Shown: positions 40,576 to 54,400, counted from the whole stretch's first letter. The stretch is DNA of 63,278 nucleotides, filler included, from Reclinomonas americana ATCC 50394 (GCA_048213135.1; 17 parts of 17 records of this genome joined end to end with filler, not necessarily neighbours in it), one strand, 5' to 3'. Translations and numbers: made by a program. Notes: generated from the sequence alone by a model not told the origin.

Positions 40576-43500
40576 ATGCTGCGGTGCGGCAGGTGGAGAA
40601 ACAAATCCCTGCACGACGCGCTGAAGTGAGATGAAAGGCACAGGAGGGAGAGGAGACGGATGAAAGAACGCACATGGTCGAGGCGCGGAATCAGCGTGCC
40701 GTCGAATTCGAGGTACTTGTCGCGCGGGCTTCGCGGACTGCGCGGATGGAAGGAGAGCGAGAGGCGCTTCTCCTTGTGGACAGGGAGACCGAGTTTGATG
40801 GCCCGCTGGTCGAGCAACACGCCATACGATGATGGCGGTGGTGGCGGCTGCACGAGCAAAACACAGCTGAGTTCAAGTCTTGTGCACCGGCTTTTCCCCA
40901 CACCCGCGCACCTCAAACGCCAGCTGCGGATGCGGATCACCACCTGCCATGGTGCGATAGCGCGGCGACGAGCGCGTCGGTGACAGATTGAAGGGCTCTC
41001 GCGGTGGCGACGCATCAGTGGTGGTCAGCGTGGCCGTGGTGTGGCGCAACTCCATGGCCGACTCGGAACGCGCGGCCGGGCGAGTGAGCTCAAACGGCTC
41101 CAACACGCCGCTGCGGTACATGAAGCTCGATTGCCGTGCCTGGTCCTCCTTCCACGGACGCTCGTCGGAGAGGTGAGTGCGCGCCTGGTCCACCTTCAGG
41201 TCGATGCCCTTGGTCAGCGCGCGACCGGTGATCTGGCGTGCAAAATCGGCCTTTCTGGCCTCCAACAGATCAATGTAGTCCTGCATGGCGAATGAGAATA
41301 TAAAGGGAGCAGAGATGGGGGACAGAGGAAAGTGAACACACCGTGCGCGGCTGGTGTGGTTTCCACTCAGTCCACATGTCCTTTTTCAGTGTCTCCTCTT
41401 TGGCCTGCTTGACCTTGCTCTGCGTGCGGTCGGGCAAGTGGAAGCGAGTGACGAAATCTTGTGACGCATTCGTGTCGGCGGGTGGTGGTGCCGCCGGTGA
41501 CACGGAGCGGCTGCGGCGGCTGGCGGACGACATGGTCGGCAGCACTCGCTTGTCACGGAGGGTGGCTCGGGTGGTTGGCGCCGGTCGTGTGATGCCGTGG
41601 CGCGGGCTCGAGAGTGGTGCGGCGCGTGGGGGGAGGGCGGGGAGGAGGTCGCGTTCTTGAGCGGTGGCGTTGACCTGCGTGGGGGGAGAAGGGGGTGGTG
41701 AGGGGAAGGGCGAGTAGAAGGGAAAGGGAGTGGTGAGGGGAAGGGAAGAGAGAAGAGCGGAAGAGTGGAAGAGAGAAGACGGAAAGAGGGCGAGACAGCG
41801 AGAAGAGAGAGGATATAGTTGAGATGATAGAGACGGACGAGGGGTGATGTTGCAGAGGGAAGAAGGAAGAGCGGAAGAGAGGAAAAGAGGAAATGAAGAA
41901 AAGAGGAAAAGAGGAAGAGGGGAAGGAGGGAAGGGGGAAGGAGAAGGGGGATCTTCTCCTTTCTCGACGCCTCTTACGCAACGTAGTACGCATCCTCCCG
42001 AATGTCAATCGTGTTGGTCAGCGAGGTGCCGACGGTGCGCGATGCCTCGATTTGTGACGAGACAAACTGTGTGCACACATAACCGGTCAGCGACAGACCA
42101 CTTGCAGCACATGCATGCAAGAAATGCATACCTCGGCAAACTGTTTCTTCGCCTTGAACGAAAAATGCGCCGCTGCCGAGCCCGCTCCGGATGGTGAATC
42201 CACGGTACCGGTGGCCCAGTTGCCGACGGTGGATCTCAGCGTCCCCGTCGGTCGCAATGGCGCGGGTTTGTCGTGTGGCTCGTGAGTAGATCGCAGCTGC
42301 GACAACACGTTAGCGCGCACCTAAAGACAGAAGACATGCATTGCTCTTGTCAGCTGCAAACCGTTGTGTTGAGCAGGTCAAGCGGGCTCCTGGGCGGCGT
42401 GCGTCGGCCTTCCATGGGCGCAGTTTTCTTTTGTGGAGGCGGCACCTCCGCAATCAGTGAGCGGGACTCGGCGATACTGTCGAGTGCGGTGGAGGTGGCG
42501 TGGTAGCCGTCGGTGCTCATCATGGATGACATGGGCGACTCGAGGCGGTGCTCCCTGTTTCGCAAGAGAAGAAGATTAGATGACGACAAGCAGAGTGACA
42601 AAAGTAAGAGGAGACTCACCGTGGACTTCTCCTTGGCGACTTGCCAGTGAGAGTGTCGTACATTTGCGAGGAAACAAGCGTTGGCTTGTGCGAGATCGTG
42701 GAGGCACTGCGTGGAGGACAGGGTCAGGCTTCCGTTGCTGATGGCACTCTCCCTCTCTCTTGTTGACGGTCTCTTCCTCTCCTCAATCTTTCTGTTAGTC
42801 TGTCTGTCTTTGTCTTGTTTCTCTTTCTGTTGTCACTCTCTATCTCTCTCTCTCTTTCTGTCAATCTGCTATCTCATCCTCTCTGTCTGTCTTGTTTCTC
42901 TTACTCTTACCACTCTCTACACCTCTCTCTCTTGCTGATGGTCTCTTCCTGTCCATGATTTCAGTGTTGTGTTGCTTCTCTTTCTGTTGTCACTCTCTCT
43001 CTCTCTCTCTCTCTCTNNNNNNNNNNNNNNNNNNNNNNNNNNNNNNNNNNNNNNNNNNNNTTAATTAATTAANNNNNNNNNNNNNNNNNNNNNNNNNNNN
43101 NNNNNNNNNNNNNNNNCCGTCTCTTCCTATCGTAAGCTTTCCATGCTATCTCATCTCAGTGTGTCTGTTTTGTCGCACACAAACCTCTCCTGCTCAAAGG
43201 CCGCGAGGACAGGCTCGGTGCGCAGCTGCGTGCGCGGGCTCTGGACGAGCAGGGCGGTGCCGTCGGGCAGTGCGGCCGACACAATGTTGACCCAGTCGCG
43301 GACGAAGGTCGGGTCGGGGCGGCGGAGGCGGGTGGAGCAGGCGTTTTGCAGTTCCATGCGGGTGATGCCGCGGCGGGATACTTGTGCGCGGGAGAAGAGC
43401 TGCCGAGAAAGAGCGAAGGGATGAGGACGGGGAAGGGGAGCGAAAGGGGAGAATAGGGGGAAGGTGGAAGAGGAATGGAGTAAAGACCGGAGTTGGCATG

Positions 43501-44512
43501 CAATGGCGATGAGAATGTGAACGCTGGGTTAAAGGGAAAGGAGGATGGAGTGGGAGCAGAGAGAGACTCAATGCTCATGCTCACGATCGAGAAGCAACCC
43601 ATGCTCTGCCACTGTGCCTCTTCCCGTCACTGCCACGAACCTCTCGCACTCGGTCCGGCTTCAACTTCAATCGGTACTGATTCCTCTCGCAGAACACCGC
43701 CAGCTCCTCCAGGGTGATCACATCGTCGCCACCGGTATCAATGACGTTGAAAGCACGGTCGATCACGTCGCGTGGTACCTCTTCGTACTTGTTGAACTGT
43801 GAGGAGGAGGGTGAGCATTCAGGACAAGGCAGCACAGCACATCGACACGAATAAAGGGAAGACAAGGAATAGTCTCCAGAGGCAAGAGCCGCAAGGAGAC
43901 TGGAGCAGAGGAGAGAGGGAGTGCGGAGGCAAGAGCAGAACCATCTTCGTCGAAGGGAATGCAAGTTGCTTCGATACGCAGACGGAGGAGAGCAGCAGCA
44001 GGGAATGCAAGGTCGTTGCAGCGAGTCGGGCAAACAACAACCAGCGAGTAGAGGCTGCAGTGGCAAGGACCAGAGATTCTTCGAGACAGAGAAGACCACA
44101 CGAAAGACAAACCATGAGAGCACAAGCACGATCGATGCTGTCGAGGAGGCAAACAAGGAGAATGCAACCTTGCATCGACATACGCGGAGCAATGCAAGAA
44201 GCAGACAATCTCAGACAGACTGCGAGAGAGAAGGAGAAGAGAGAAGGAGAAGAGAAGAGGCTGCAGTGGAAAGCAGGACTCCGTTGTTGATGAGACAGTC
44301 AAATAAAACGCAAAGTTCCGTCGATATAACATGTGACAAGCAAAGCACGATGCAAGAAACAGACAGACGACTGAGAGAGAGAGAAAGTGAGTGGCTGCAG
44401 TGGACTCCTCTGTCAAGAACGAACAAGGAGATTGCAATCGAAAGTGAGAAGCAGACAAGCAGTCAGACAGAGTCTGTGTGAGAGAGGTTTGGGGGGGGGG
44501 GGGGAGGGGAGG

Positions 44513-44548
<36 letters not shown>

Positions 44549-45463
44549 GACGCGACGACGTACGTACGTACGTACGACGACGACGACGACGACGACGTAC
44601 GTACGTACGTACGTACGTACGTAACGTAACGTAAACGAAACGAAACGTAAACGNNNNNNNNNNNNNNNNNNNNNNNNNNNNNNNNNNNNNNNNNNNNTTA
44701 ATTAATTAANNNNNNNNNNNNNNNNNNNNNNNNNNNNNNNNNNNNNNNNNNNNAACAAACGGGTAGAGAAGTAGACGAGAGAGAGAGAGAGAGAGAGAGA
44801 CGAGAAAGGAAGGAGAGAAAGAGTAAAGGACTGCGAGAACGAGACGAGGAGGAGAGAGAGAGGGGGGAGGAGAGAGAGAGGTAGAGAAGAGAGAGGCTGC
44901 AGAGGAACAGCTGTCGAGGAGACAAACAATGAGAATGCAATCGATATGTGAGGAACAAAGCAAGAAACAGACAAGCAGACAGACAGACTGCGAGGAGAGA
45001 GAAGAGAGGCTGCAAAGCAAAAGCAGCACCTCCTCTGCACCACTACAGAACACACTGCAGCTCCTCACAAATGCCAACCACAAATGCAAACCAACAACGA
45101 CTGATACAATGCCACAGACAGAGAAATGCACCTCTCCCTCCCTTCCCGCTCTCTCTCTCACCCTCTCCTTATACCTCTCTCTCTTACACACACAATCACC
45201 TGCACATTGAACAACAATTTCGCCGCCTTGCCCGCCGTCGATCGAAACGTGCCCCCTTCACCACCACCACCGACGTTAATCATCAACCGACGTCGCGCGC
45301 CCTGTGTCACAGGGGACGCAGCAGACGAAGAAGCAGCGTGTGCGAGCGGCGACTTTTTCACTGTCATGTGCATGTAGCGCGGCATGGAGTCCCAGTCGAC
45401 GGTTTGCCGCCCGCCCTCGCGCACGGGAGAGGCGAATGGGTCGGCGACTACCCGCACAGTCAT
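40522..45463 (-). CDS. Hypothetical multi-exon protein with one EF-hand-like loop and a long low-complexity C-terminus
   Basis: Chain of GT-AG-bounded exons, e.g. FNVQ|FNKYEEVPRDVIDRAFNVIDTGGDDVITLEELAVF, LFSRAQVSRR.., DYIDLLEARKADF.., DKYLEFDG. Some internal junctions are uncertain; spans two gaps. Confidence 0.6.
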
Positions 45464-46029
45464 ATCTCGTGCCTCCTCTTCTTCTTTGTGAGAGTGCAAG
45501 GGGCGCGTGCGTTGTCAATGGTGATGAGTCATCAATGCATCAATGGTGCGTTTCGTTCGATATTTGCAATATCGAAGTGTGCTGTGGAGTTCGAGGCATT
45601 GCCTGGTGTGAGCAGGAATGTGGTTGCATGGCGATTGCCGTCTTGAGTGAGAAGCAGCGCAGATATCGAAGAATGCAAGAAATATAGTGATAGTTACTGT
45701 TTAGTATACTGAGGTTTCTGGAAGAGAAGAACGGAGCAGTCACAATCGTAATCCAATTGTATCTGTCCGTTCTTCTCTTGTTTGTATTCACAAAGATTGT
45801 ATACGTAACAAATTGTGTTATGATATCGATCAACGGCCAATGTATACGCTGAACTCATTGAAGCTGGGTGCTGCAGTAGCGACGCGATGGGCCTAGTTGC
45901 CCTGAGGCTGCGGCGCAGCTGCTGCGGGTGGAGGCCAAGGGAGTTGGTTCTGATTTAGAGCCAGCTGCAGCTGTCGCCGGCGTTTCTGCACGAGAAACCG
46001 CTGTTGATCATGTCCTTGCGCCACATCTT

Positions 46030-46265
46030 TCATGGGTTCTCTCGCCGACGGTCGCTTTCGCGGAATAATATTCGACGTCGACGCGTTGTGATCGACGTCA
46101 ATCGTCTTGCATTGGACTGCACAGACACTTCTTCCACATCCCTCGCTTGGTTTGCGCAAAGAGTTTGGATATTGCAGTGCATGCAGTGTGTAATAAGGGG
46201 GCAACAACAGCAGGAAGTTGCTCCTGTCCGCCAAAGCATCGTCCTTTCAGTTGTTGTCCGACAGG
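46030..46265 (+). repeat. Inverted dispersed copy of the 5'-upstream region of the TPR-kinase-RING genes
   Basis: Reverse complement of ~20275-20430, 24720-24890 and 29300-29530 (gcccccttattacacactgcatgcactgcaatatccaaactcttt..cagtccaatgcaaga). Confidence 0.88.
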
Positions 46266-46440
46266 GGGGGTCTGAGGCCAAAGATCGATCTTTTAAAAGA
46301 ATGGATCTCAGAGACCCGGACCGAAAAAGAATGGATCTTNNNNNNNNNNNNNNNNNNNNNNNNNNNNNNNNNNNNNNNNNNNNTTAATTAATTAANNNNN
46401 NNNNNNNNNNNNNNNNNNNNNNNNNNNNNNNNNNNNNNNA

Positions 46441-46471
<31 letters not shown>

Positions 46472-46740
46472 TGCATACTGCATCCCTTCCGTGTCTGGCG
46501 GTCTCTCCTCTCTCTCTCGCTGCACCCCTCTTCTATCTCTTTGTCTTCCTCATGCTCTCTCTCTCTCTCTTGGTGGGCGTGTGCGTCTGTGTGTCTCTCT
46601 GTCTTCGCCTCTCACACAGGTGAATGTCTCACACTCCGCAGCATGCGGTGCACGTCTGTGAGGGTCTGTCTGCATGAGTGAGGCGGTGGGCGAGTGTGGT
46701 GGTGGGGTGCGGGGCACTTTGGTGGTGTGTGAGCGACATG

Positions 46741-49222
46741 CCCTGACAGAACGATTTTTTTTGACCATGGACACTGCATGGACGGTGGTCCGGTCCATGG
46801 ACAGTTTATGGACACAGTCGAGGACCATAAATTTGTTCCGCACACCACTCACGCAATCGACGTGTGTTTTGTGCACCACGCACATGGAACGAGTGAGGGG
46901 AGTGTGCTGAATGTTTTGCACCGCAACAAAGTTGGTTTCCAACACCTCCATTTTTCACCCCAGGTGTCCATCGGTTTGGCATGGACAGTGGCGTGTCCAT
47001 GGTCCGGACCATGGACAGCGGTGGTCCACCGGTGGCCGTGTCCATGCCTCGCCAAGCCAACTCGGTCGATTCAGTCGACTCCAGTCGACCGAAGCGGAAA
47101 ATTACTCCACTCTCTGCGTGTTTGTGAGCGAAGCCCACGCACTCGAGTCGTCTCCCCGCGTGCGCCGCATGTGCCGCAATGGCCACCGTCGCCACCACAG
47201 TCAGCGAGTGCGTGGAGTCAGGCAAGAGAGAGAGAGAGACACACACACACACACACACACTCTCTCTCTGACACCACCACACTGACACGTCTCCACCGCG
47301 CAGCGCCACCACTCTCCCCCAGAGGAGGCGCCTCCACACACGAGAACACACACTGCGTCGTCGCCAGCAGCGGTGAGACGGCTGTGGAGCGAGTTGTCTG
47401 GTGATGATGGCGTGTGTGTGCGTGCGCCATGTCGCAACAAAAGTGCCCCGACGCGACGCGTTTGATCATTTCTTGTGAGTGCGGGTGTCATGGGTGTGTG
47501 TGGGGGTGTGTTTGAGCGAAAGTGTGAGTGTTTGTTGTTGTGTTGAGCACACTGTGCGTGTGGGGGTGTTTGCTTTTCCCACGCGGGTTGCTCGCGCGCG
47601 GGAAAGTACTTAAAGATTTTTCTGACTGCTCCATCCTCGACTGCAGTGCCCTCAGAGACAACCATGCAAGGTATGATGGTGGTGGTGATGGCTACTACCA
47701 TGTACCGTGCCATGTTGGCGCAGCGTTGTTGGATTCTCGGTGGTGCGTCGCCTGATTGATGATGCCTTTGTCTTGCTTCTTTTGCTCCCAATCTCTCTCT
47801 CTATCTCTCTCTCACACACACTTCTCCCCTTGCAGTCGCCGCGTGGTGACTCGATGGCAAGCATGCACAGCCCCTCCACTGTGCTTCAGGTGTGCTGCTG
47901 TTGCGCAGTGTGGCCGCTGATGCACTGTTCTCACACTGAGTTCTTCCGATGACGCGTGTGCTGTTCTCTCCCCTCACGGGGCCGCAGCCGCTGTCGTCCA
48001 CGGCGATGTGACTCAGTTCCGCAGAGCTGCTTGACGATCTGCAGATGCATCGATGCAGGTCTGTTTGTGTGAGTGGCTTTGCACTGCCGATCCCACTTGC
48101 TTTCGCTCATTGTGCATGACGCACACAGGTTGTCACCAGATGCATATCGGTGAGTCAGTTCCCATGTAGCATCACTCTGTCTTGTGCTCATCAGAGTGTG
48201 AAACAGGCGCACAGGGAGTGCGAAGAGCACTGCACCACGGCGTGTGGATCAGGAGGGCAGTCACCTGCTGGACGTGCTGAAGGTTCGTTGCCTTCTCACT
48301 CCACAAGGGCCATTGCACGTAGCGTCTCTCTCTCTCATTCACCATTCTGATAAGAGCCTGCGTTACTGTTGCTCATACATAGCCTTCCTCCTTGTTTCCA
48401 TTCCATGTCGCCTGCATTCTCTCTGCTTTGTGCCGGTGCCACTCTGAATCGTCGTTCATCTCTCCCTGGCATGTGCTGTATCTCTGTTGGCCCGCGCTGC
48501 ACCTGCCTCATGAACTCTGTTCCTTTCTCTGCCACACGTCGTCGTTCCCTCTCCGCACTCCAACATCTTCCACTCTTTGGCTTTCTCACCACGTCAAGTG
48601 CTTGTGTCGCTCACTGCCGTGATCATGCAGGGAAACACCTACTGAGTGGTGTCGATGCCGATGACGAGGATGAGGAGCACGACGAGGAGGAAGGTGAGAT
48701 GGAGGCGAGCAAGCGTGGAAGGTAAGGAGGGAGGCATATTGCTTTCCAGTGTGTCTGCATGTCGTTCAGTGTGGCAGTGTGTGAGCGAGACGTTTGTGTA
48801 TGGTGTATTGGTGTTGGAGAGTACGTGAGTGAAGGCAGACGATTGTTGCTGCTGCAGTGCGGGGGGCGGGGCGGGGCGGGGCGGGGGTGCGGTATAGAGC
48901 ATGGACAGATGATGGACAGTGGATGGACACTGCATGGACAGTCCACTGGGTGTCCATGGATGGTCCGACCAGGACCACTTTTGTGGTCTGTGGAGCGGAC
49001 CGTGGACACGCAGTGTCCATGGACTGTCCGTGCCACTGTCCATCAGTGTCCATGGACAGTCCATGCAGTGTCCATGAAAAAGTCCATGGTCCGGACCAGT
49101 GTCCATGCATCGGACCATCAAGTGCCGCTGACTAAGGTGGTCCGGCTCCATGGACAAAAGTATGGAGACTCCATGCATTGTCCATGAAATGTCCATGGTC
49201 GCCGGGAATCGTTCTGTCAGGG
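46741..49222. mobile_element. Non-autonomous CACTA/EnSpm(CMC)-type DNA transposon, 2482 bp
   Basis: Perfect 16-bp TIR CCCTGACAGAACGATT (46741-46756 / 49207-49222). 3-bp TSD ATG (46738-40 / 49223-25). Dense CATGGAC/GTCCATG subterminal repeats at 46760-47045 and 48895-49200. Confidence 0.88.
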
Positions 49223-49579
49223 ATGGCTGGTATGCACAAGTGAGGGCGGGAAAAAAGTGGCCAAAGTGAAGTGGATGTTGCAGGAAGCCGCAAAACGCCT
49301 AAGTCCTTCACTGACGCCGGGTTTGGCGCAACCCGCAGGCTGTCAGCCGCCGGGTTGTAACCCGGCGAACCGGACACTAGCAGGTCAAGGTTGACCAGAA
49401 ACCGATCTTGGTCCCTGAAAAGAATTGATCTCGCCCAGAAAAAATGGATCTCTCAGCCGAAGCACAGTGCATACAGATGNNNNNNNNNNNNNNNNNNNNN
49501 NNNNNNNNNNNNNNNNNNNNNNNTTAATTAATTAANNNNNNNNNNNNNNNNNNNNNNNNNNNNNNNNNNNNNNNNNNNN

Positions 49580-50610
49580 TGGTGATCGTGAATCCGCAGC
49601 TGCAGCTGGTGATCAACAGTCCGCCGCCAATCACAGAGGTCATTGACTTTGGCCTTCCACTCTCCGACAGTGGCTTGCAGTCCCTCGAGCGCGTTCTCTG
49701 CGAAAGAGGAAGCACAGTTGGTGATGCAGTCTCTGATGTACTCATCGCACACAGTTGTTCATGTCATATACAAACCAACTTTCCCCAGCATTCTGTACAA
49801 CATCATGGTATTGCACGCGTCGCTGGGTACGGGCTCGGCGTCTCGTGATCGAGCACGTGACTGAGCGGTACCAGTGACCGACGCTGGAGAGAACAGGTCA
49901 TCTGCAAAGTCAACCTCCTGGACTTCTGTTACATGCAGATGTGCATGTGTGCGTCGGCAGTCAGCAGCATGTACAAAGAACAGCCTCGGCCGAAAAGTCA
50001 TAGCCACGCATACTCACCATCATCATTAACTGTGGATACAGCTGGCGCATGTGCAGCCGACAGTCGAGCGCTCGAGGTGTCACGACCAGTGTTGGCGACA
50101 GCATTTGGTTTGGACGTGGGTGTATACCAAGAACTCGACCGAGCTTGCGCATGCGGCTGATGAGAAGCCAGCGCAGACTCTGAAGTCTGCGAAACTGGTG
50201 GAAGAAGAGGCGCCACGACTGGACTGACCGCATTCGTCGGGCCGGCCGGCACTGTTTGCGCGGTGGTAATCGTCGTTGGTGCACTCGGTGGCGCCTCCTG
50301 ATGCACGCGCTGCGCAGCTGCAGGGTGGGCGTCGACGCCGTTGCCTGGCGTCACGACAGACGGTCCTTGTTGTGGAGATTCGCCGGGTTGCGATGTGGCG
50401 ACAGGACTGGCGGTCGTGCCGCGCTTGCCACGAGCATTCTGAAGCGACACTAGTCAGCAACAGCAGTGCTTTGCCACGTTCTCACGCTCAGCAACGACAA
50501 CCACACACCAGTGCCGGCGCCTTGCTGCTTCCCACCGGTTGGAGTTGCTCAGATGGATCTCGGGCACCGCTGTCAGAGTCATCGCGAGCGGCGCGACTTT
50601 CGCTGGCCAT
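49580..50610 (-). CDS. Hypothetical Ser/Pro/Ala-rich spliced gene divergent from the transposase; 3' end lost in gap
   Basis: Putative ATG 50610 and GT-AG-bounded open blocks (SLQNARGKRG..VNDD, EVDFADDLFSP..MLGK, CDEYIRDCITNC..). Confidence 0.4.
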
Positions 50611-51450
50611 GGCGTTGATAACACGAGCTGCAGCTGCTGAGTACTAGTGCTGTGAGTTGTCGGCCACGATACACACACGTGGACGCTCTCTCTCTCTCTC
50701 TCTCTCAGTTGCACTCATGATCATTCGGTGTTTTCTAATCTTGCGCTAAAGAAAACACGCGCTCACAGTGCTCCTGCCCACACACACAACAATGCACCCA
50801 CCACACACACACACACACACACCTGCTTCGGAGTCAGCATTCTCTTTTCCACTCTTCCGCGCAGCGCGCCTGCTCATGTTGTCTTCTCGCCACAATGAAT
50901 GTAGACCGCGAGTCAGTACTCATTACCGTGTGCGGCGCTCACTCCCCGCATCTGCAACGAAACGCCGTGCTGCCTTCTAAAAGCACGTGCTACAGTGGAG
51001 ATGACCATGCTGCACGAGTCGAGGGAGTGGAGGAATCGACGTTCGGGTGACACACGGGACACGCAGTTCAACTCAACCGCACTCTTCGTGTGTGAGCGAT
51101 GTTTCAGCGAGAAGCAGCGTCGGTTGCACCGCCGGGGCTCACTTACCGTTGTCGAATGGGGAAGGCACACGCGGTGACTTCTTTCTCGATCGGTGAACGA
51201 CCCGAAGCACCTCCTGTGTGAACACGCAAGGTGAACTTCTACTCTCACCCATGTACCTCACCGATCGCCTCTGTGTGTGTNNNNNNNNNNNNNNNNNNNN
51301 NNNNNNNNNNNNNNNNNNNNNNNNTTAATTAATTAANNNNNNNNNNNNNNNNNNNNNNNNNNNNNNNNNNNNNNNNNNNNGTGTGTGTGTGTGTGTGTGT
51401 GTGTGTGTGCCGCGTGCTCGCATCGATGCTCAAACGCCTCGTCGATGTAG

Positions 51451-54400
51451 ATGAGCGCCAGCGGTTCGCGCACTCCACCTCCAGATGTGCGAGATGTGGT
51501 CATGGGTCCACCCGCACCAACACGGCCACGCTCCGCCAGGCACAGACGCCCAAACTCAGTGTACAACGGTGATATGTGGGTCATGGACGACAGCCATGAC
51601 GATTATCGCGCTGGTGTGTGTGTGTGTGCTGCCCTTCGCTTTCACATCGGTTGCCACTCTTACTGTGCGCTCTCTTGTGCAGGCTCCACTTCGAGATCGA
51701 GTAGTGCTGCGGGTCGTCGTGATCGCGACGCAGAAGAACACGGCGAGTACCGCGCCAGCCCTGCACGCCGACATCATTCTCACGGCAGTTTGGAGTCCGT
51801 AGCATTGCAACGTGCGTTTGTGTGTGCCTGTGTGTGAGAGTGGTGTATGTGTGAGGGAGACGGAGAGAGAGGAGAGAGGGAGACTGAGAGAGAGGGAGTG
51901 GAAGAGAAAGCTCATGACCTGTGATTTTGCGCAGTCCTGCAACGAGCCTCGCACGAACATGCCGAGGAGCGTGCGGAGGCCAGTGCCCGCGTGTCGCTCT
52001 ACATGCGAAGCGACAACAGACCAGCAAGTGCTGCTGGGCCCCGTCAGCGACCGCCCGCTTGGGTGAGGTCGATGTGCATACAACGAACGGGTCTGTTTCC
52101 CCCGGAGTCCAACAAGCGCCAGCGGTCGGACGATGCACACAGCGCGCTTGAGGCGGAGAGGAACGAGCTCAATGCCAGTGCTGCGCGACAGCGAGGGCTT
52201 GTGAGTGCACAAGGTTTGCATTGCATCGCGCTGTCTCCTTACGGCATGCAAGTTCTCATCAAGGCCACCCCACCTACGTTGCCAACTCAGGCGCGAGTGG
52301 CTCCGGCAACGACAACCAAGTTGATGGTGCGCTTTGCTACCCAGCGCCCGTCACGACGCGACTGTTTCAGCGGCAGCGAGTGCGTGTCGCAGTCATCCAG
52401 TGTTCGGTGCCGGGATGCACTGCCATTCTGCGCATCGACGAGACGGGAACGAGCGACGAGATACGGCTACATGAGCTTGAGCACAAGCTCGGCCACCTTA
52501 CGGATGCCGACGTGCGCGCCGCGGTGGGTGGCAACAGGCGATCGAGCGTGTTCAAGCGATGGGCGAATCGCGAGCGTGACGAGTATGTGGGCGGCGTCTG
52601 TCTGGATTCTTTTGACCGGGAACAGGCAGTGCCCGATGAGCCTGCCGCCGTCGACGGTCAGCCAGCCCAGTTGCACCGCGAACAGTTCCACGGACTGCGC
52701 GTGCTACTCCATGCGCGCGAGAGAGGTTGCGTAGTGCCTTGCTCGAGATATCACGTGAGCACTCGCGCACACTCGCCGACTCATCGTGTCTGGACCCGCT
52801 CCCTCCCCTTCCCCTTCCCGTCAATGCAGTTCAGAAACATATCGGCAACATGGTCTTCTACTTACACAAGGCGCTGGAGGCCATAGATGCGGATCCATCG
52901 GCAGCCGATCGGGTTGGCCAGAGCCGCGGATTGCCGCCGATTCTGTCCGCACTCGTCACGTTGAAGCAGATGCACCGAGCTGGGGTTGCAGAAGCGGGAA
53001 TGCGGAGCATCGTTGATGCAGTGCGCCTAATCGTCGGCGGTGTGGAGACGGCGCTGGATTTGCTTCCCTTTTCCCCTTCGGGCTGGTACGGCATGGTGAA
53101 GCACTGTTTCCCGCGGTTCTCGGTGTGGACAGCGTGCCCCGCATGCAACTGTGTTGAGTCGCTGCTGTGTCTCGATGACGGCGCGTGGATGGAACTGGAC
53201 CAAGACCCGCGCGGCTCGTGCATCAAATGCAACAGTCGCCTGTTCGCTCCTGCCAAGTCTGGCCGTACGCGTGGTGTGGCGCCGATTCTGCGGTGGTGGC
53301 AGCTCGACGTGGCCTCCATTTTCCAAGGCTTCCTCATGCAAGACGACATGGCGCCGCTGTTCGTCAATCGACACACGACGCTGCTCAAGGATGACGAGCT
53401 GGCCGACGAGATGGACAGTGTTTTCTGCGGCGAGCGGTATCGAATGCTGCAAGCCGAAGGCTTCTTCCGCGACAATCGGTCTGTTCCACTCGGCCTCTCC
53501 TTTGACGGCGTGAACCCATTCGGCATGAACACACCGCATTCGACGGGGGTCGTCAGCTTGTTTTGGCCTGGCATGCCAAGCGCAATGGCGAAGCTGCCCG
53601 GATTGTGCCAGCCTGTGATCATTGTGCAAGGGAAGCTGCGAGACATGAGCGTGCTGCTCGCTCCACTCATGGATGAGTTGGCCGTTCTCGAAAATGGTAC
53701 GTACGTACGTGTTGTGGGTGACTCTTCGCCACGAGTTGTTTGTTTTTTCATGCTGTCCACAGGCGCGCTATTTGTCGAGCCCACTTCGATCGGCGAACTG
53801 GACAGGCCACCTGTGCTTCGCACCGAACCGGGACTGACGGAGACAGAAATGTCGCTCTTCTCGACCGTCAATCCGGGCTTCCGCGTCGGCCGCTGGTCGC
53901 TGTGCACCCTGTTGGTCACCAGCGATGGCCGGGCAAGGTGAGAGCAGCTGAAGTGGTCATGCCTCTCTTGTCAGCAGCCGACCAAATCCTCGCCTTTTTT
54001 CGCTTGCAGAGCTCAGCTCCTTGGATGGAAGCAGGTGCGCGAAATTCGTTCTGCTGCGCGCTTCTGCTTGCTGTCACCGCCTGAATGACCGTTCTGTTGC
54101 ATGTAGGTCCCTGCCAAGAATGCGTGTTTTTACTGCGGCGTCGAGGGCGTGCATTATGAGGAATCGAGGACAGTTTCATACGGTCTCACCTGTCAGAACT
54201 CGGGTCCACGCACAATGCCAAGTGTGCTCGAATCCATGTACTGGCGGCGGCAACTCGAGAACAAGATGATCACCGCCAGTGAATTCAATGGCTTGCCTCT
54301 GTCGAAGACTTTCATGGCGCAATCCAGCAACCAGTTGCGTGCGCGCCACAACCAGCACTTGTGACATGTCACGCCGCGACAACTCATTGTGTGTGATGAA

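Noticed and set aside
44545..44653. ACGT/TACG/GAC repeats beside gaps (also ~30075-30340 and 37065-37270)
   Set aside because: Confined to contig ends after microsatellites; typical of pyrosequencing flow-order noise.
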